The notes beneath the pieces are model-generated. The model saw only the letters and a list, made by a program, of their open reading frames with translations. It was not told the DNA's origin and made no database searches. From Rhizaria sp. SCN 62-66 (taxonomy: Eukaryota), in contig MEDY01000085.1 in NCBI GenBank assembly GCA_001724265.1, positions 1 through 64,000 of the forward strand: a DNA stretch of 64,000 nt, written 5' to 3'. The position numbers and the translations under genes are program-made. Of the stretch, positions 23,405 to 34,269 are shown piece by piece; the stretch's first letter is position 1; each line of letters starts with the position of its first letter.

Positions 23405-23893
23405 CTGCAGAGCGAATGTGGGGCGGGAGAAGCGAAAGAAAAGAAAGAGTAACGGCAGTGAGCCAACGTCCACCAGCACGGCAGAGAGAGCAATGAAAAG
23501 AGATGCTACCAGACCACAGAGCTGACAATTTGAAACATCACAAATATAAAGTGATATAACGTGGTGCTTATCTATTATACTAAACGCGTGTCGCTGGTAC
23601 ACGGATTTATTCCTGCGAACTCACTCCTCCCAAGACTGCTTTCGCTGCGATCACGAGTTGCACTCTGCAGAGCGTGCCACTACAACCTCGTCCTTTCATC
23701 GATTTCGCATGACAATTCACACATATAGAAACACAGCTTTCGATTCCTCATATAAGCCTTGTATACCCTTCTACCTTCACCATTTTATAGCTCTCGTCGT
23801 TTAGCTCGCGGCTATATCCGTGTTCGCTTCCTAACACCACCGCGCCCCTTTCCCCCACTTGCACTCCGCCCGCGCCGCGTCCCTAGAGCAGCG

Positions 23894-25294
23894 ATGGGCC
23901 TGCTGTCCTGCTTGTTCGGCACCCCCGCGTCTGCCGACGACCCGGCACTGGTGTACGCCGCGCTCGTGGACCACTACCAGTCGCGGTACCGCCGCCACCG
24001 CGTGTTCTACCTCTTCGCCGCGCTCTCCTCTTTGCTCATGGGACTCGTGCTGCTTGGGATCCTGCTCTGGAAGGGCCGCGACCTCGGCTTCTGCGGCTTC
24101 CCCGCCCTGGGCTTTGCGCGCGTTGCCGTCTTTGGGCTGCTGGGCTCGTCCGTGCTGGCTTTGTACTTGGTCCGCGGGGCTGCGCGAGTGTACAGTGAGC
24201 ACATCTTCGCAAACCGCGACTGGGCTGCCGGCGCCGTTGCTCCCACAGCTCCCGCCGCTGCTGCTGCTGCTGCTGCTGCTCCGGCTGTTGTTACGACTGC
24301 GCGGACGGCCAAGGGCGACGTCGAGCAGGGCGGACACAACGCCGATGACGACGACGACGATGACGAAGACGACGGTGACGGCAATGGTGGGACTAAGAAG
24401 TACGCTGGTCCTGCTCAAAGCAGCCGTCTGTTACCGCACTTGTACTCGTTCCTTGACCAGATCGCAGACGCGCTGTCCCCCGCGCTTGCTACCACGACGA
24501 GCTTGAACGCGCTGCCCCGCGCGCTGCCCTCCGCCGCCGCAGTCTCCGCCTCGGTATCCGCGACCGTGAGCTCCGCCGTGGGCTCCGCGATCGCCAGCCA
24601 TAGTGCCGAGGCGGGGGCCGGCGCGACCGTGAGCGCGGCTAGCGGCGGGCTGAGCGTTGGCGCGGGCCCTGTGTTGCTGCGGCAGGAGCGGGAGGCGCGG
24701 GGGAGCACGTTCTCCGCTGCCGATCTCAACAATGCACATGCTAACACTGATAACAGTCGCAACAATCGCAACAAGAATCTTGACTTTTACGACGGCGGCG
24801 ACGACGACGACGACGACGAGTTTGCCGAGCACCGTTCCCTCAAGTCCAGCAGCAGCGGGCAGGCGAGCAGCAAAACTGCGCTGAGCTCCCTCGCTCTGCT
24901 GTCACCAGCCGCGGCGGACAGCAGCAGCAACAGCAGCAATAGCATCGACAATAACGAAGGAGGGTCTAGTCTGTACCTGACGTCGTCCTCTTCGCTGCCG
25001 ACCTCGCTGCTGTCCCTGCTCTGCGTGCAGTGCTACCTCTTCGCGCTGCACGTTGCCGCCGACGCCGCGCTCTCGCTGCCCGCCATCGCGCTTTACGCCA
25101 CCCACGGCCACTGCCGCCTCTGGGCGCCCGGTTTTGCACCGCTCTGGGCCGCGGCCGTCGCGCTGCTCGGCGGCACGGTGCTGCTGGGGCACGTCTGCGC
25201 GTGGGTCGCCGCGCTCGCTGACGCCGCCGTCATGGTCAGGCTCGCCAGGGCCGTGGCCGCGCACCGCAGTCGCGCCGCGCGGGCGCGCACGTGA
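23894..25294 (+). CDS. Uncharacterised multi-pass membrane protein (~466 aa)
   Basis: GC-rich ORF starting MGLLSCLFG (possible N-acylation). Two N-terminal and two C-terminal hydrophobic segments flank a low-complexity loop. TGA lies at the GC-to-AT transition. Confidence 0.65.
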   Translation: MGLLSCLFGTPASADDPALVYAALVDHYQSRYRRHRVFYLFAALSSLLMGLVLLGILLWKGRDLGFCGFPALGFARVAVFGLLGSSVLALYLVRGAARVYSEHIFANRDWAAGAVAPTAPAAAAAAAAAPAVVTTARTAKGDVEQGGHNADDDDDDDEDDGDGNGGTKKYAGPAQSSRLLPHLYSFLDQIADALSPALATTTSLNALPRALPSAAAVSASVSATVSSAVGSAIASHSAEAGAGATVSAASGGLSVGAGPVLLRQEREARGSTFSAADLNNAHANTDNSRNNRNKNLDFYDGGDDDDDDEFAEHRSLKSSSSGQASSKTALSSLALLSPAAADSSSNSSNSIDNNEGGSSLYLTSSSSLPTSLLSLLCVQCYLFALHVAADAALSLPAIALYATHGHCRLWAPGFAPLWAAAVALLGGTVLLGHVCAWVAALADAAVMVRLARAVAAHRSRAARART

Positions 25295-25818
25295 ACTGAA
25301 TATTGCCGCTTTTTAGAGACTGACAGCGAAAGCTTAGGTTTGGTTTCGACTGAGGTTGGGTTTATGGGTTCAGAAAGTTGAGTCATTGGTGAAACGTATT
25401 TGCTGTGAATATTTAGTGATTTTAGAACGGAGTACGTCAATTGAATATGCACGAGTGATTTGTATGCTGAACTTATGAATGTGGCCCACAACAAGACAGT
25501 AATACACGTAACCAATCATGTACAGCATCAGCAGACACGTGTCGTTTCGGAGAAACAAATCAAAAATCAACTGTATTTATAACTAATATACCGCATCAGT
25601 GGACGTCTCGTCTTATATATGACGCTCACCGACATAATGACAATGAAGCATGCATTCCTCTCGCATGTCACCACCTCATTTACTAAAGCACACACTACTT
25701 TAGTGTTTAGACAACAGATACATAACCGGGACAAACAAGAACAAGACTGTAATACTGTTCAAAAAGAGCAGACGTGCTAAATCACAGAAGAACTGTTTTG
25801 CGTTCTTGCACATGCACA

Positions 25819-26967
25819 TTACTTCGGCTGGCCGAGCGTGCCGTTCATCTGCGTAAAGCCGCCCAGCGCGGCAACTATGTCCCCACTGGCTCGCACATAC
25901 GCGCTTTGTGCCGCGTCAACGGCGCCGTCAAACGCATCCGCCGTGGCGCGCGCGCGGGCCGTGGTGGTCTCCACGGCGGCGTCGAGCGCCGAGACGTCCC
26001 ACCCGCGCTCTTCGCGGAGGTCGGCGACCATGGCGGCGATGCCCGAGAGCACCATGTCGCGCCCGTGGCGCTCGGCGATGACGACGGCGCGGCGACGGGC
26101 CTCCTCGGCGCGCGGCAGCGCGTACTCAAGCCGTTGCAGGTCGGCCTCAAGCTGCAGCACCGTGCGGTCCTGTGCAGGGCCCGGCGCCGAGGGGTTCTGC
26201 GCGTGGTCGGCAGCGGCCTTGGCGCGCGCGGCGGCTACGTCCTGCGGCGTGACGCGAAGTTTGGCCGCGTGCGTGATGTTGGTGAGCGCGTGATACTCGA
26301 CGACCTCGGCGCGGAAGCGCGCGTAGAGGCGCGCCTTGGCGAGGAAATCGGTCTTGCCGTCGCGCTCGTCGTGGAACAGCGTGCGCGCATCGGCCTCGGG
26401 CGGAAAAAATAGCGCGAGCGCGGCCTCGTAGTGCGGCTGCATGTCAACGCGCGCGAAGTAGAGCGTGAGCCACATGCGCAGCTGCGTGGCGACGCAGAAG
26501 AAGGGCGAGGTGAAGGTGCGCAGCCGCAGGGTAGCGGGCACCATGCACTCCATGTACGTCATGATATCGGCCACGGCCACGTCGCGCAGCTTCGTCGGGT
26601 TGCGCAAGAAGTTGAAGAGCATCGCGGAGGAGAAGCAGCAGGACATACGCTCCTGGTCCTCGGGCAGCGCCTCCTGCAGCGCGGCGCGGAGCAGCTTGTG
26701 CTTGTCGAACGCGAAGGCGTCGATGACGCGGTAGATGGAGAAGTGGCAGGCGTATTCGAGGATCCACATCAGCGCCACGGGCCGCGCCGCGACGGGCGCG
26801 TGCACGGCCTGCTACAGGTGGTACGTCAGCATCTCGGGCGCAAGAAACGACGCTGGGGGCAGCGCCGCAACCATCGCGGACATGTTAGCCGGCGGGGCCG
26901 CGCCGGACGCGGCCGCGGAAGCGGCGGCCGCGGCGGCAGAGGCTGAGGCGGAAGAGGACGATGACAT
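25819..26967 (-). CDS. Uncharacterised protein (~382 aa with one in-frame TAG)
   Basis: ATG at 26967 (MSSSSSASAS...EMLTYHL), TAG at 26812-26814, then QAVHAPV... continues in frame into ORF 25819..26805. Codon bias is coding-like on both sides. Ends in TAA. Confidence 0.7.
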
Positions 26968-28020
26968 CGGGCTCGCGCGCACTGAAAGGAAACGGCTTGA
27001 CAGAAACAGCAAGGGATACTTGCTTTCACAAGTTTTTGTGTAGTTTGTGGCTGATAAGTAGGGTTAGGAGCCAAGTCCTATGAAGGGGGCGTGTGGGAAA
27101 GCGGGACGGTCCGGAAGAAACCAAGGGAACGAAGCAGTTAGCTTGATGACGAGTAAAGGTGATGGAGCACAATCGAGGAAAAACAATAGATAGGCCGCAT
27201 TAAAAATACCAATTGGTGTCTGAAAAATGCCGTTACAATCGTATGTGTCGGACGTAGCGCGACTTCTAGTCATGTAAAGTCACATTCTGAATGGCGCCAA
27301 CCGAGACAACCGAGTATCTACGAGTTCGTAAAAATTCGCCTTCGGCTGGGGGATCTTTTGGAATTCGGCCTCGTGCCCTCCGAAAAGTGCTGCTGGGGGG
27401 ACATCAAGACAACATAAACGCCGAGTATAACGTCTACACTTTGTATCTGTTTTTGGGTTCACTGGTCAGTTTATTTTTTCTTCTCGGAACGTATCCTGCT
27501 TGGGGTGGGATCAAAGTCTTTGGTCACCTCCCAGCTATCCTCCATAAACGGATGCAGCGCCCTCCTCACAGCTTTTTGCCACTTTTTCCAATTGTTTTTG
27601 CACTTGCTTTACGATTACCACAAACATCGCGTACTATTCTTTCTAGAAACACCACTTTAACCGCAATAAACGCTATAGAAGCCTTGTTCTGGTTCTCTAT
27701 CGCGCAGCCTCGCGACTCCCCCTGCCCCTCTGCCCGGTCGGAGCAGCAGTCGCCCGCCAGCCCGCCCATCGACTTCCCCAGCGCGCTCGCACGCCTGGGA
27801 CTGTCCCCACTGCCTCTTCGCGCACGCAGCCCAGTACCCGCGCTTGATAGGGCCATCTAACGCCTAAAAGTTCGTTGCTTCAGGCAGCTGTACGTAACCA
27901 GACCCCTTTCGTGATTGTGTTGTGACACGCAGCAGTCTCGTCGGTCCTCCTCAGCACACTCTCGCTCCACACACACACGCGTAAGCCAGTCGCTCTGTGC
28001 TGCGTGGCGCCCCGCCTGCG

Positions 28021-31000
28021 ATGTACCTCCGCAAGCGCGCGCACAAGAACAAAGACGCCTCCGCGGGCGCCGATGGCGCCGCGGGCACTGGGTCGTCGTT
28101 CCCCCCGTCGTCGTCTTTCCCCCCGTCCCCTTTCGTCGCCCCGGGCGGCGGCGCGGCCCCCGGCTCCCCGCTGCCCGTATCGGCCGCGCCATCGCAGCCC
28201 ATGGCGAACCCGGCCACGGCGGCGGCGTCGACCGCGGGCGGCAACGCGGGGAAGCCCACCGCGCCCAACTTCGGCGAGGAGGCAGAGCGGCTCGTGATCG
28301 GCCACTACCAGCTCATGAAGACCATCGGCCGCGGTGCGTTCGGCATCGTCTACCGCGGGCTCTGCCTTACCACGGCCGAGACGGTCGCCGTCAAGCGCAT
28401 TAACCTGCACGGCATGCCCAAGGGCGAGCTCGACGGCATCGAGCAGGAAATCGGGCTGCTGCAGGGACTGATGCACCCCAACATCGTCAAATACCGCGAC
28501 GCGATCCGCTCTGAGTCGCACCTGAACATCATCCTCGAGTTCGTCGAGAACGGCTCGCTGCTGTGGATGATGAACACGCTGGGCGGCAAGTTCCCCGAGC
28601 CGCTCGTTGTGCACTACATCGCTCAGGTCGTCATCGGGCTCGAGTATCTCCACAACCAGGGTGTGATTCACCGCGACATCAAGTCCGCCAACATCCTCTC
28701 CACCAAGCACGGACTGGTCAAACTGGCCGACTTCGGTGTCGCGACTAAGCTCAACGAGTCGCGCAAGTCGACCTCGGTCGTCGGCACGCCCTACTGGATG
28801 GCGCCCGAAATCATCGAAATGACCGGCCAGCAGTCGCCCGCCTGCGACATCTGGTCCGTCGGCTGCACCGTCATCGAGCTTATCACGGGCAAGCCTCCGT
28901 ACTTTGATCTGCAGCAGATGCCCGCGCTGTTCCGCATCGTCCAGGATGACCACCCGCCGCTGCCGGACAACATCACGCCCGCGTGTAAGTCGTTCCTCCT
29001 CGAGTGCTTCCAGAAGGACCCCAACCGGCGCATCGACGCGCCCGGCCTCCTCAAACACCAGTGGCTTAAGGACGCCGTCAAGCAGTTCAAGGATCGCATG
29101 CGTCTCGGCGGCGGCGCGGGCGGCGGCGGCGGCGGTGATGCGCCCTTGCTCGACTCGGCGGGCATGCTGGGTGCCTTCGGCGGCGCGCTGGGCGGGGAGT
29201 CCCCCGACTCGATACCGCGCCGCGCCGTTGCGGCGACCCAGCCCGCCGCGGCGTCTGCGCAGACCGCGCCCGCGACCGCCGCGGCGGGCGCTGGGGCTGG
29301 CACTGGAGCCGCCGCCTCGACCGCCGCGGCCGCTGCCACCAAGCCCGCCGCCGCGGCTGCGAAGCCCGAGGACGACGACGAGGGGTTCTGGGACGACGAC
29401 GACGCGCCCCCATCCTCCGGCACGGCCACGACCACCGGCGGCGGCGCTAAGGGCCGCTCCGCCACCACCAACGGCTTCGGCGACGACGATGACGACGACC
29501 ACGACTGGTTCGAGACGCAGTCCTCCGCGGGCGGTGCGGGTGCCGGCGCGCTGGGCAGCATCAGCGCTAACAACGGCCTCCGGGGCCCGTTGGGCTCGAG
29601 CGTGGGCGTGTCGGACGAGCTGCCCGACGACGACGTCGACTATAAGGCCAACACGTTCTCTGGCGGCAGCAAGCCTGCCGCCGCGGGATCCACCCCGACC
29701 ACTGGCGGCCGCGCGCTCAACGCCTTCCGTGAGGCTGGTGAAGAGGAGGAATGGGGCGGGGCGTTCGGCGACGCGCTCGTGGCCAAGCTCAACGCGCCCG
29801 CCGCCGCCGCCGCCAAGGCCGCTGCCAAGGGCGCCGCCGCGGGCAGCAGCGCAAAGGCGTCCTCGCTTCGCTCCGGCGCCTCCGCTGGCGCGGGTGCGGG
29901 TGCGGGCGCTGCGGGGAAGACTGGGACTACGGTGGACCTGGCTGCATTCGCGGACGACGGCGACGACGACGACGCGTTCGGGCTCGGCGACCTCGTCGAC
30001 CTGGTCCCATCCTCGTCCTCCGTCGCCGTCACCGCCACGGCCGCCAACGCCGGCGGCGGCAGCAGCAGCAGCAGCGGCAGCGGCGCCACTGGCAGTGCGC
30101 TGAGCGCCGAGGCCGTGGCGAGCCGTCTCCGTGCATTTGCGCCCTCGGCCGACGGCGACGGCGACGACGACCTGGCCGACTTCGACATCGACGCCAACGC
30201 CGCCACGCTGCGTCTCCGCGCGCTGGCCGGCACCACGGGCAAGACGGGCGCGGGCGGCGACGGCGGCGACGGCGACGGCGAGGCCGGCGCGGGCGCCGAG
30301 GAGGAGGACGAGGATGCGGACCCGTTCGACACGGTCGAGTTCGACGACGTGGTGCCTGACGCCAACTCCATCACGCTGGCGCGCTTCGACCGCCTCGTCC
30401 TCGCGCTCGCGCCCTCCAGCAACGGCCACGCCGCCAACGCCAACAACATCGCTGGCGGGGCCGGCGCCGGGGCCGCGGCGGGCTCAGCCGCGGGCGCTGG
30501 CTCCGGCGCCGCGGGCGCCGCAGGCTCAGCCGCGGGCGCCGGCTCCGCCGCGGGCACTGCGGGCGCATCTGGCTCCGTGGGCTCTGCGGCCGCCGCGGGC
30601 TCCGCTGCGGGCGCGGGCAACGGTGCCGCGGGCGCTGCGGGCGCCGGCGGCGCTGCCGGTTCCGCCGCCGCCGCGGGCGCCGCTGCTGCGGGCTCCGCCC
30701 CCGCGGGCTCCGCCGCCGCTGGCGCTGGCTCGGCCGCCGCGTCTGGCTCGGCCGCTGGCTCCACAGCCGCGCCCGCGGGCGACAGCGCGGCGGCGCTGCT
30801 GCTGGATCACGACGACGCCGACTCTGCCGCGGCGGTGACGACGATCGACACCTGCCGCGCGCTGAGCGTCATGGTTGCGACGGAGGCGGCGGCGCTGCAA
30901 TCTGCCATCACGCGGTGCGTTGTGCCCATCATGGAAGTGCTTGAGCTGCCCAACATGCGCTGTGTGCACGCTGTGTTGTGCCTCGTCAACAACATCCTCT

Positions 31001-32865
31001 CGCAGCGCGTCTACACCTCGTTCGCGCTCAACATCGCGCTCGCCGGTCTCGTGCCCGTCTGCGCAAAGTACTCGAACCGGTCCTACCCCGACGACATCCG
31101 CCTCGAGGCCGCCGTGTTCGTCCGTCTCTTTTGCTTGTCCTCCGACGCCGCGGCCAAGATGTTCGTCTCGTGCGGCGGTATCCCCTCGATCGTGGACTTT
31201 TTCCGCGACGACGGCCGCATGTCGCGCGAACTCGTGTGTTGCGCCGTCGACTGCATCCAGATCATCTTCGGCATCAACTCGTCGCCGCGCAACGACTTCT
31301 GCCGTCTCTTCTGCAAGGCCGGGCTGCTGCCGCTGCTTGCCGAGACGCTGCTAGCCGTGCACACCGAGACTCTCATGGCCACGGTCGGCGAGCCCGCGTT
31401 GGCGCGCTACGACGAAGAGAACCTCCAGGCCCAGCTCGAGGACCCCGCCTCCACGGCCAGCGCCACGGCTGCGGCTGCGGCTGGCGCCACGTCCACGACC
31501 GTCGTCGCCGGCGCCGCCAGCGGCAGTGTCTCGGCCGCCGCCTCCGCCTCTGCTCCCGCTGCCACCGCGGCCGCCGCTGGCGCTGCCCCGGCCGTGGGCG
31601 CTGGCGCTGCTGCTGGCGCCGCCGGCAAGGCCTCCGCCAACGGCGCCGGCGCTGCCTCTGGTGCCGCCTCCGCCTCTGGCGCTGCCGCGGGCTCTGCCGC
31701 GGGCGCCGCCGCCGGCTCCGCCGCTGGCTCCGCCGCCGCCACCGGTTCTGCCACAGTCGCCGTCGGCGCGGGCGCCGGCTCTAGCTCCGCCGTCAGCGAC
31801 GAGACGGGCGGGTCGAGCGGGCCGCTGCTGCGGTCGATCCTGACGAGCATCGGCGCCGCGGGCCGCCAGCGCCTGGGCCGCGAGCTCGAGTCGCTGCTGC
31901 CGGCGTACGCCTCGGTGGCCGAGTACGTGCCCAAGGTGGCGACGATCCTCGACTGGTTCTCGCTTGGCGACACGGTGGTGCAGACGCACTTCGCCGACGT
32001 GGCCGTGCTGCGCGTGCTCATCTCGGTGCTGCCCACGCTGCCGCACGAGGCCGTCATCACCGTGCTTAAGTCGCTCCGCGCCATCGTCATGAACACGACG
32101 GCGCTCGACGTGCTGCAGCAGGTCGGCGCGATCCCCGCGTTGACGCAGTTCCTCGACGTCAAGCATCCGCCCGAGCACCAGTCGCAGGTCCTCATGGTCA
32201 TGTACTACCTCTGCTCGCTTAACCCGGCGCGCCAGGAGCAGGCCGTGTCGTGCGACATTATTCCCCACTTGCAGCGCCTCATCACCACCAAGCACCCCCT
32301 CAGCCAGTTCGCGTACCCCATCATCTTCGCCCTGTGCAAGCTCTCCAAGCACGCGCGCGCGCAGCTCCGCAAGCACGCCGGCGTCGAGCTCTACCTGGAC
32401 ATCCTGTCCGACCCGTATTGGTGCACGCACGCGCTCGAGTCGCTGGCGACGTGGCTCAGTGACGACTGCGACCGTGTCGGCTTCCTGCTGTGCACGCCCT
32501 CCAACGTCGCCAAGATCCTCACGTGCTTCCGCAACGCCACCACGGCGCGCCAGACGGAAGCGCTGCTGCCGTCATTCTTACGCCTGCTCACGCTCTCGGT
32601 CAACGTCAACCTCGCCCTCGGCTTCCTGCTGGTGCAGGAGATCCACGCGCGGCTCCGCAAGCACGCGTCCAACAACACGATCCGCATCTCGCTGCTGCGT
32701 CTGCTGCGCCAGGCCGTCGCCGTCAAGACGCCTGCGATCCGCGCCGCCGTTGCGCGGTCCGACGTGCGCGCGCTGCTCACGGTTCTGGCCGGGGACGCCA
32801 CATACCCCATCGTCGCCTCGCTCGCGCAAAAGGTTGTCGATGAGATCGACGCCAACGCCGTCTAA
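28021..32865 (+). CDS. STE-group Ser/Thr kinase, Cdc15/SepH/MAP3K-epsilon-like, with C-terminal ARM-like repeats (~1614 aa; start uncertain)
   Basis: IGRGAFGIVY, VAVK, HRDIKSANIL, VKLADFGVATKL, VVGTPYWMAPEIIEM and DLQQMPALFRIVQDDHPPLP, followed by a helical-repeat C-terminus (SPRNDFCRLF, RQEQA..IIPHL). Ends in TAA. Confidence 0.88.
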   Translation: MYLRKRAHKNKDASAGADGAAGTGSSFPPSSSFPPSPFVAPGGGAAPGSPLPVSAAPSQPMANPATAAASTAGGNAGKPTAPNFGEEAERLVIGHYQLMKTIGRGAFGIVYRGLCLTTAETVAVKRINLHGMPKGELDGIEQEIGLLQGLMHPNIVKYRDAIRSESHLNIILEFVENGSLLWMMNTLGGKFPEPLVVHYIAQVVIGLEYLHNQGVIHRDIKSANILSTKHGLVKLADFGVATKLNESRKSTSVVGTPYWMAPEIIEMTGQQSPACDIWSVGCTVIELITGKPPYFDLQQMPALFRIVQDDHPPLPDNITPACKSFLLECFQKDPNRRIDAPGLLKHQWLKDAVKQFKDRMRLGGGAGGGGGGDAPLLDSAGMLGAFGGALGGESPDSIPRRAVAATQPAAASAQTAPATAAAGAGAGTGAAASTAAAAATKPAAAAAKPEDDDEGFWDDDDAPPSSGTATTTGGGAKGRSATTNGFGDDDDDDHDWFETQSSAGGAGAGALGSISANNGLRGPLGSSVGVSDELPDDDVDYKANTFSGGSKPAAAGSTPTTGGRALNAFREAGEEEEWGGAFGDALVAKLNAPAAAAAKAAAKGAAAGSSAKASSLRSGASAGAGAGAGAAGKTGTTVDLAAFADDGDDDDAFGLGDLVDLVPSSSSVAVTATAANAGGGSSSSSGSGATGSALSAEAVASRLRAFAPSADGDGDDDLADFDIDANAATLRLRALAGTTGKTGAGGDGGDGDGEAGAGAEEEDEDADPFDTVEFDDVVPDANSITLARFDRLVLALAPSSNGHAANANNIAGGAGAGAAAGSAAGAGSGAAGAAGSAAGAGSAAGTAGASGSVGSAAAAGSAAGAGNGAAGAAGAGGAAGSAAAAGAAAAGSAPAGSAAAGAGSAAASGSAAGSTAAPAGDSAAALLLDHDDADSAAAVTTIDTCRALSVMVATEAAALQSAITRCVVPIMEVLELPNMRCVHAVLCLVNNILSQRVYTSFALNIALAGLVPVCAKYSNRSYPDDIRLEAAVFVRLFCLSSDAAAKMFVSCGGIPSIVDFFRDDGRMSRELVCCAVDCIQIIFGINSSPRNDFCRLFCKAGLLPLLAETLLAVHTETLMATVGEPALARYDEENLQAQLEDPASTASATAAAAAGATSTTVVAGAASGSVSAAASASAPAATAAAAGAAPAVGAGAAAGAAGKASANGAGAASGAASASGAAAGSAAGAAAGSAAGSAAATGSATVAVGAGAGSSSAVSDETGGSSGPLLRSILTSIGAAGRQRLGRELESLLPAYASVAEYVPKVATILDWFSLGDTVVQTHFADVAVLRVLISVLPTLPHEAVITVLKSLRAIVMNTTALDVLQQVGAIPALTQFLDVKHPPEHQSQVLMVMYYLCSLNPARQEQAVSCDIIPHLQRLITTKHPLSQFAYPIIFALCKLSKHARAQLRKHAGVELYLDILSDPYWCTHALESLATWLSDDCDRVGFLLCTPSNVAKILTCFRNATTARQTEALLPSFLRLLTLSVNVNLALGFLLVQEIHARLRKHASNNTIRISLLRLLRQAVAVKTPAIRAAVARSDVRALLTVLAGDATYPIVASLAQKVVDEIDANAV
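30450..30780 (+). repeat. Imperfect Gly-Ser-Ala coding repeat (GSAAGAG-like) in the kinase
   Basis: Recurrent GGCTCCGCCGCGGGCGCC-like units. A second similar block lies at about 31450-31790. Confidence 0.8.
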
Positions 32866-34269
32866 GTACCGCTAATCTAAGTGGTTTGCATTTATTCGAA
32901 TCAGTCATCACTGTGCGATCCGCTGTCTATCTGCCTTCATCGAGGTAGAATCTACTCCCGTCATTGATAACATATACTTTGTTCATAGTGAAACGTCACC
33001 GCGGTATGTGTTGTGTTTCTGTACGCCGGCTGTCTTCTTGCGAACCTCCGCAAATGTAACTGCACACGACTACTGTTGTTCTTCTCTCTCCGGCGCGCGT
33101 ACACGCTTCGCTACTCTACTGCAGTGGCTTCTCTATGACTCGCAATGTGACTATGACTCAATCAGGCCAGACTTGACTTGTTCGACTCGACTAAGTTTGG
33201 GTCGACTTGGCGTTGTATGGCTTCATTTTTGACAGCAACTCGTACCTACACTAGTCAAGCTTTTGATAATGCAATGCGAATGGACTCGCTAACAAGTACT
33301 TTAAATGACGTCCTATCTCGAGCCAGTGCTGTTGTGTTTCGTTTGCTTAACACTGCACGCAGCACTGTGCTCGCGGTCATGGCCTCTGTGTTTGCTGCTC
33401 AGAGACCACCTATTACGCTAATTTTGTCTCTCTGCGCACGCGCTGTGCGTGCTTGGATAGGGCTAAATCACAATGACACTCGTAAGAGTGGTTCCATTCA
33501 TCCACATCAACAATGGTGACGAGTGCTCAGCACGAGTCCCTTGTCCGCTTCCCAATTAGTTTATGTATCTTTCAGAATCTTATAGAGTAATATCTACAAA
33601 AGGTATGTGTATATGTATTATGCAAAGGCCAGCAGGAGTAGCCTGGCTTTATTAGAAACCTATTAACCAAGTTAAGCAACAAGATCGATAAGAACAACAA
33701 CAAACGTGTTTGTGTGCGCTGCATGATCGCAGCTGCTTTGTGTTTTGCTCATCCAAATCTAAAGTTGCTCTCTCTAAGTAACAAACCAAAGAGAGTGGCT
33801 CTGAATCCAATACACAATCCACACAAGAGAAAAAACAAATCATTCGTCGTGAACATGCAATTGCGTATGTGAAATATCGAATTCTGAAATGGCTGGCCTA
33901 TCTCGCGCTCCTAGACATGGTTCAAATTACAAGTCGAGTATATACGCAAACGTAGCTGTATACAATGTTGTTTTGTATTATTATTACGTATTCCTAACAT
34001 TAATCAGCAACGTTAAGTTTTTTTCTCAAACAAACACAGGTGTTGTTTGCCACGCTCTATGTAATACGCTCGCCATGTTGCTCTATCGCCGCGTTCAACG
34101 TGATGTAAACCATGTCCACAATCACATTCGCGCTCACACACACCACACAGCTTCACTTCGACCGTCCTGTCTCTTTCACACTTAGCACAGTCCATTGCCT
34201 TGCATCGCTTCATTCGGCTTGTTTTGAAAGCGTTTTCGCACAGACTCGCTACCGGGCCAGCAGGGTGAT

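Noticed and set aside
33008-33519. Short ORFs in the spacer after the kinase
   Set aside because: Intermediate GC, no codon bias or motifs. Probably UTR or intergenic.
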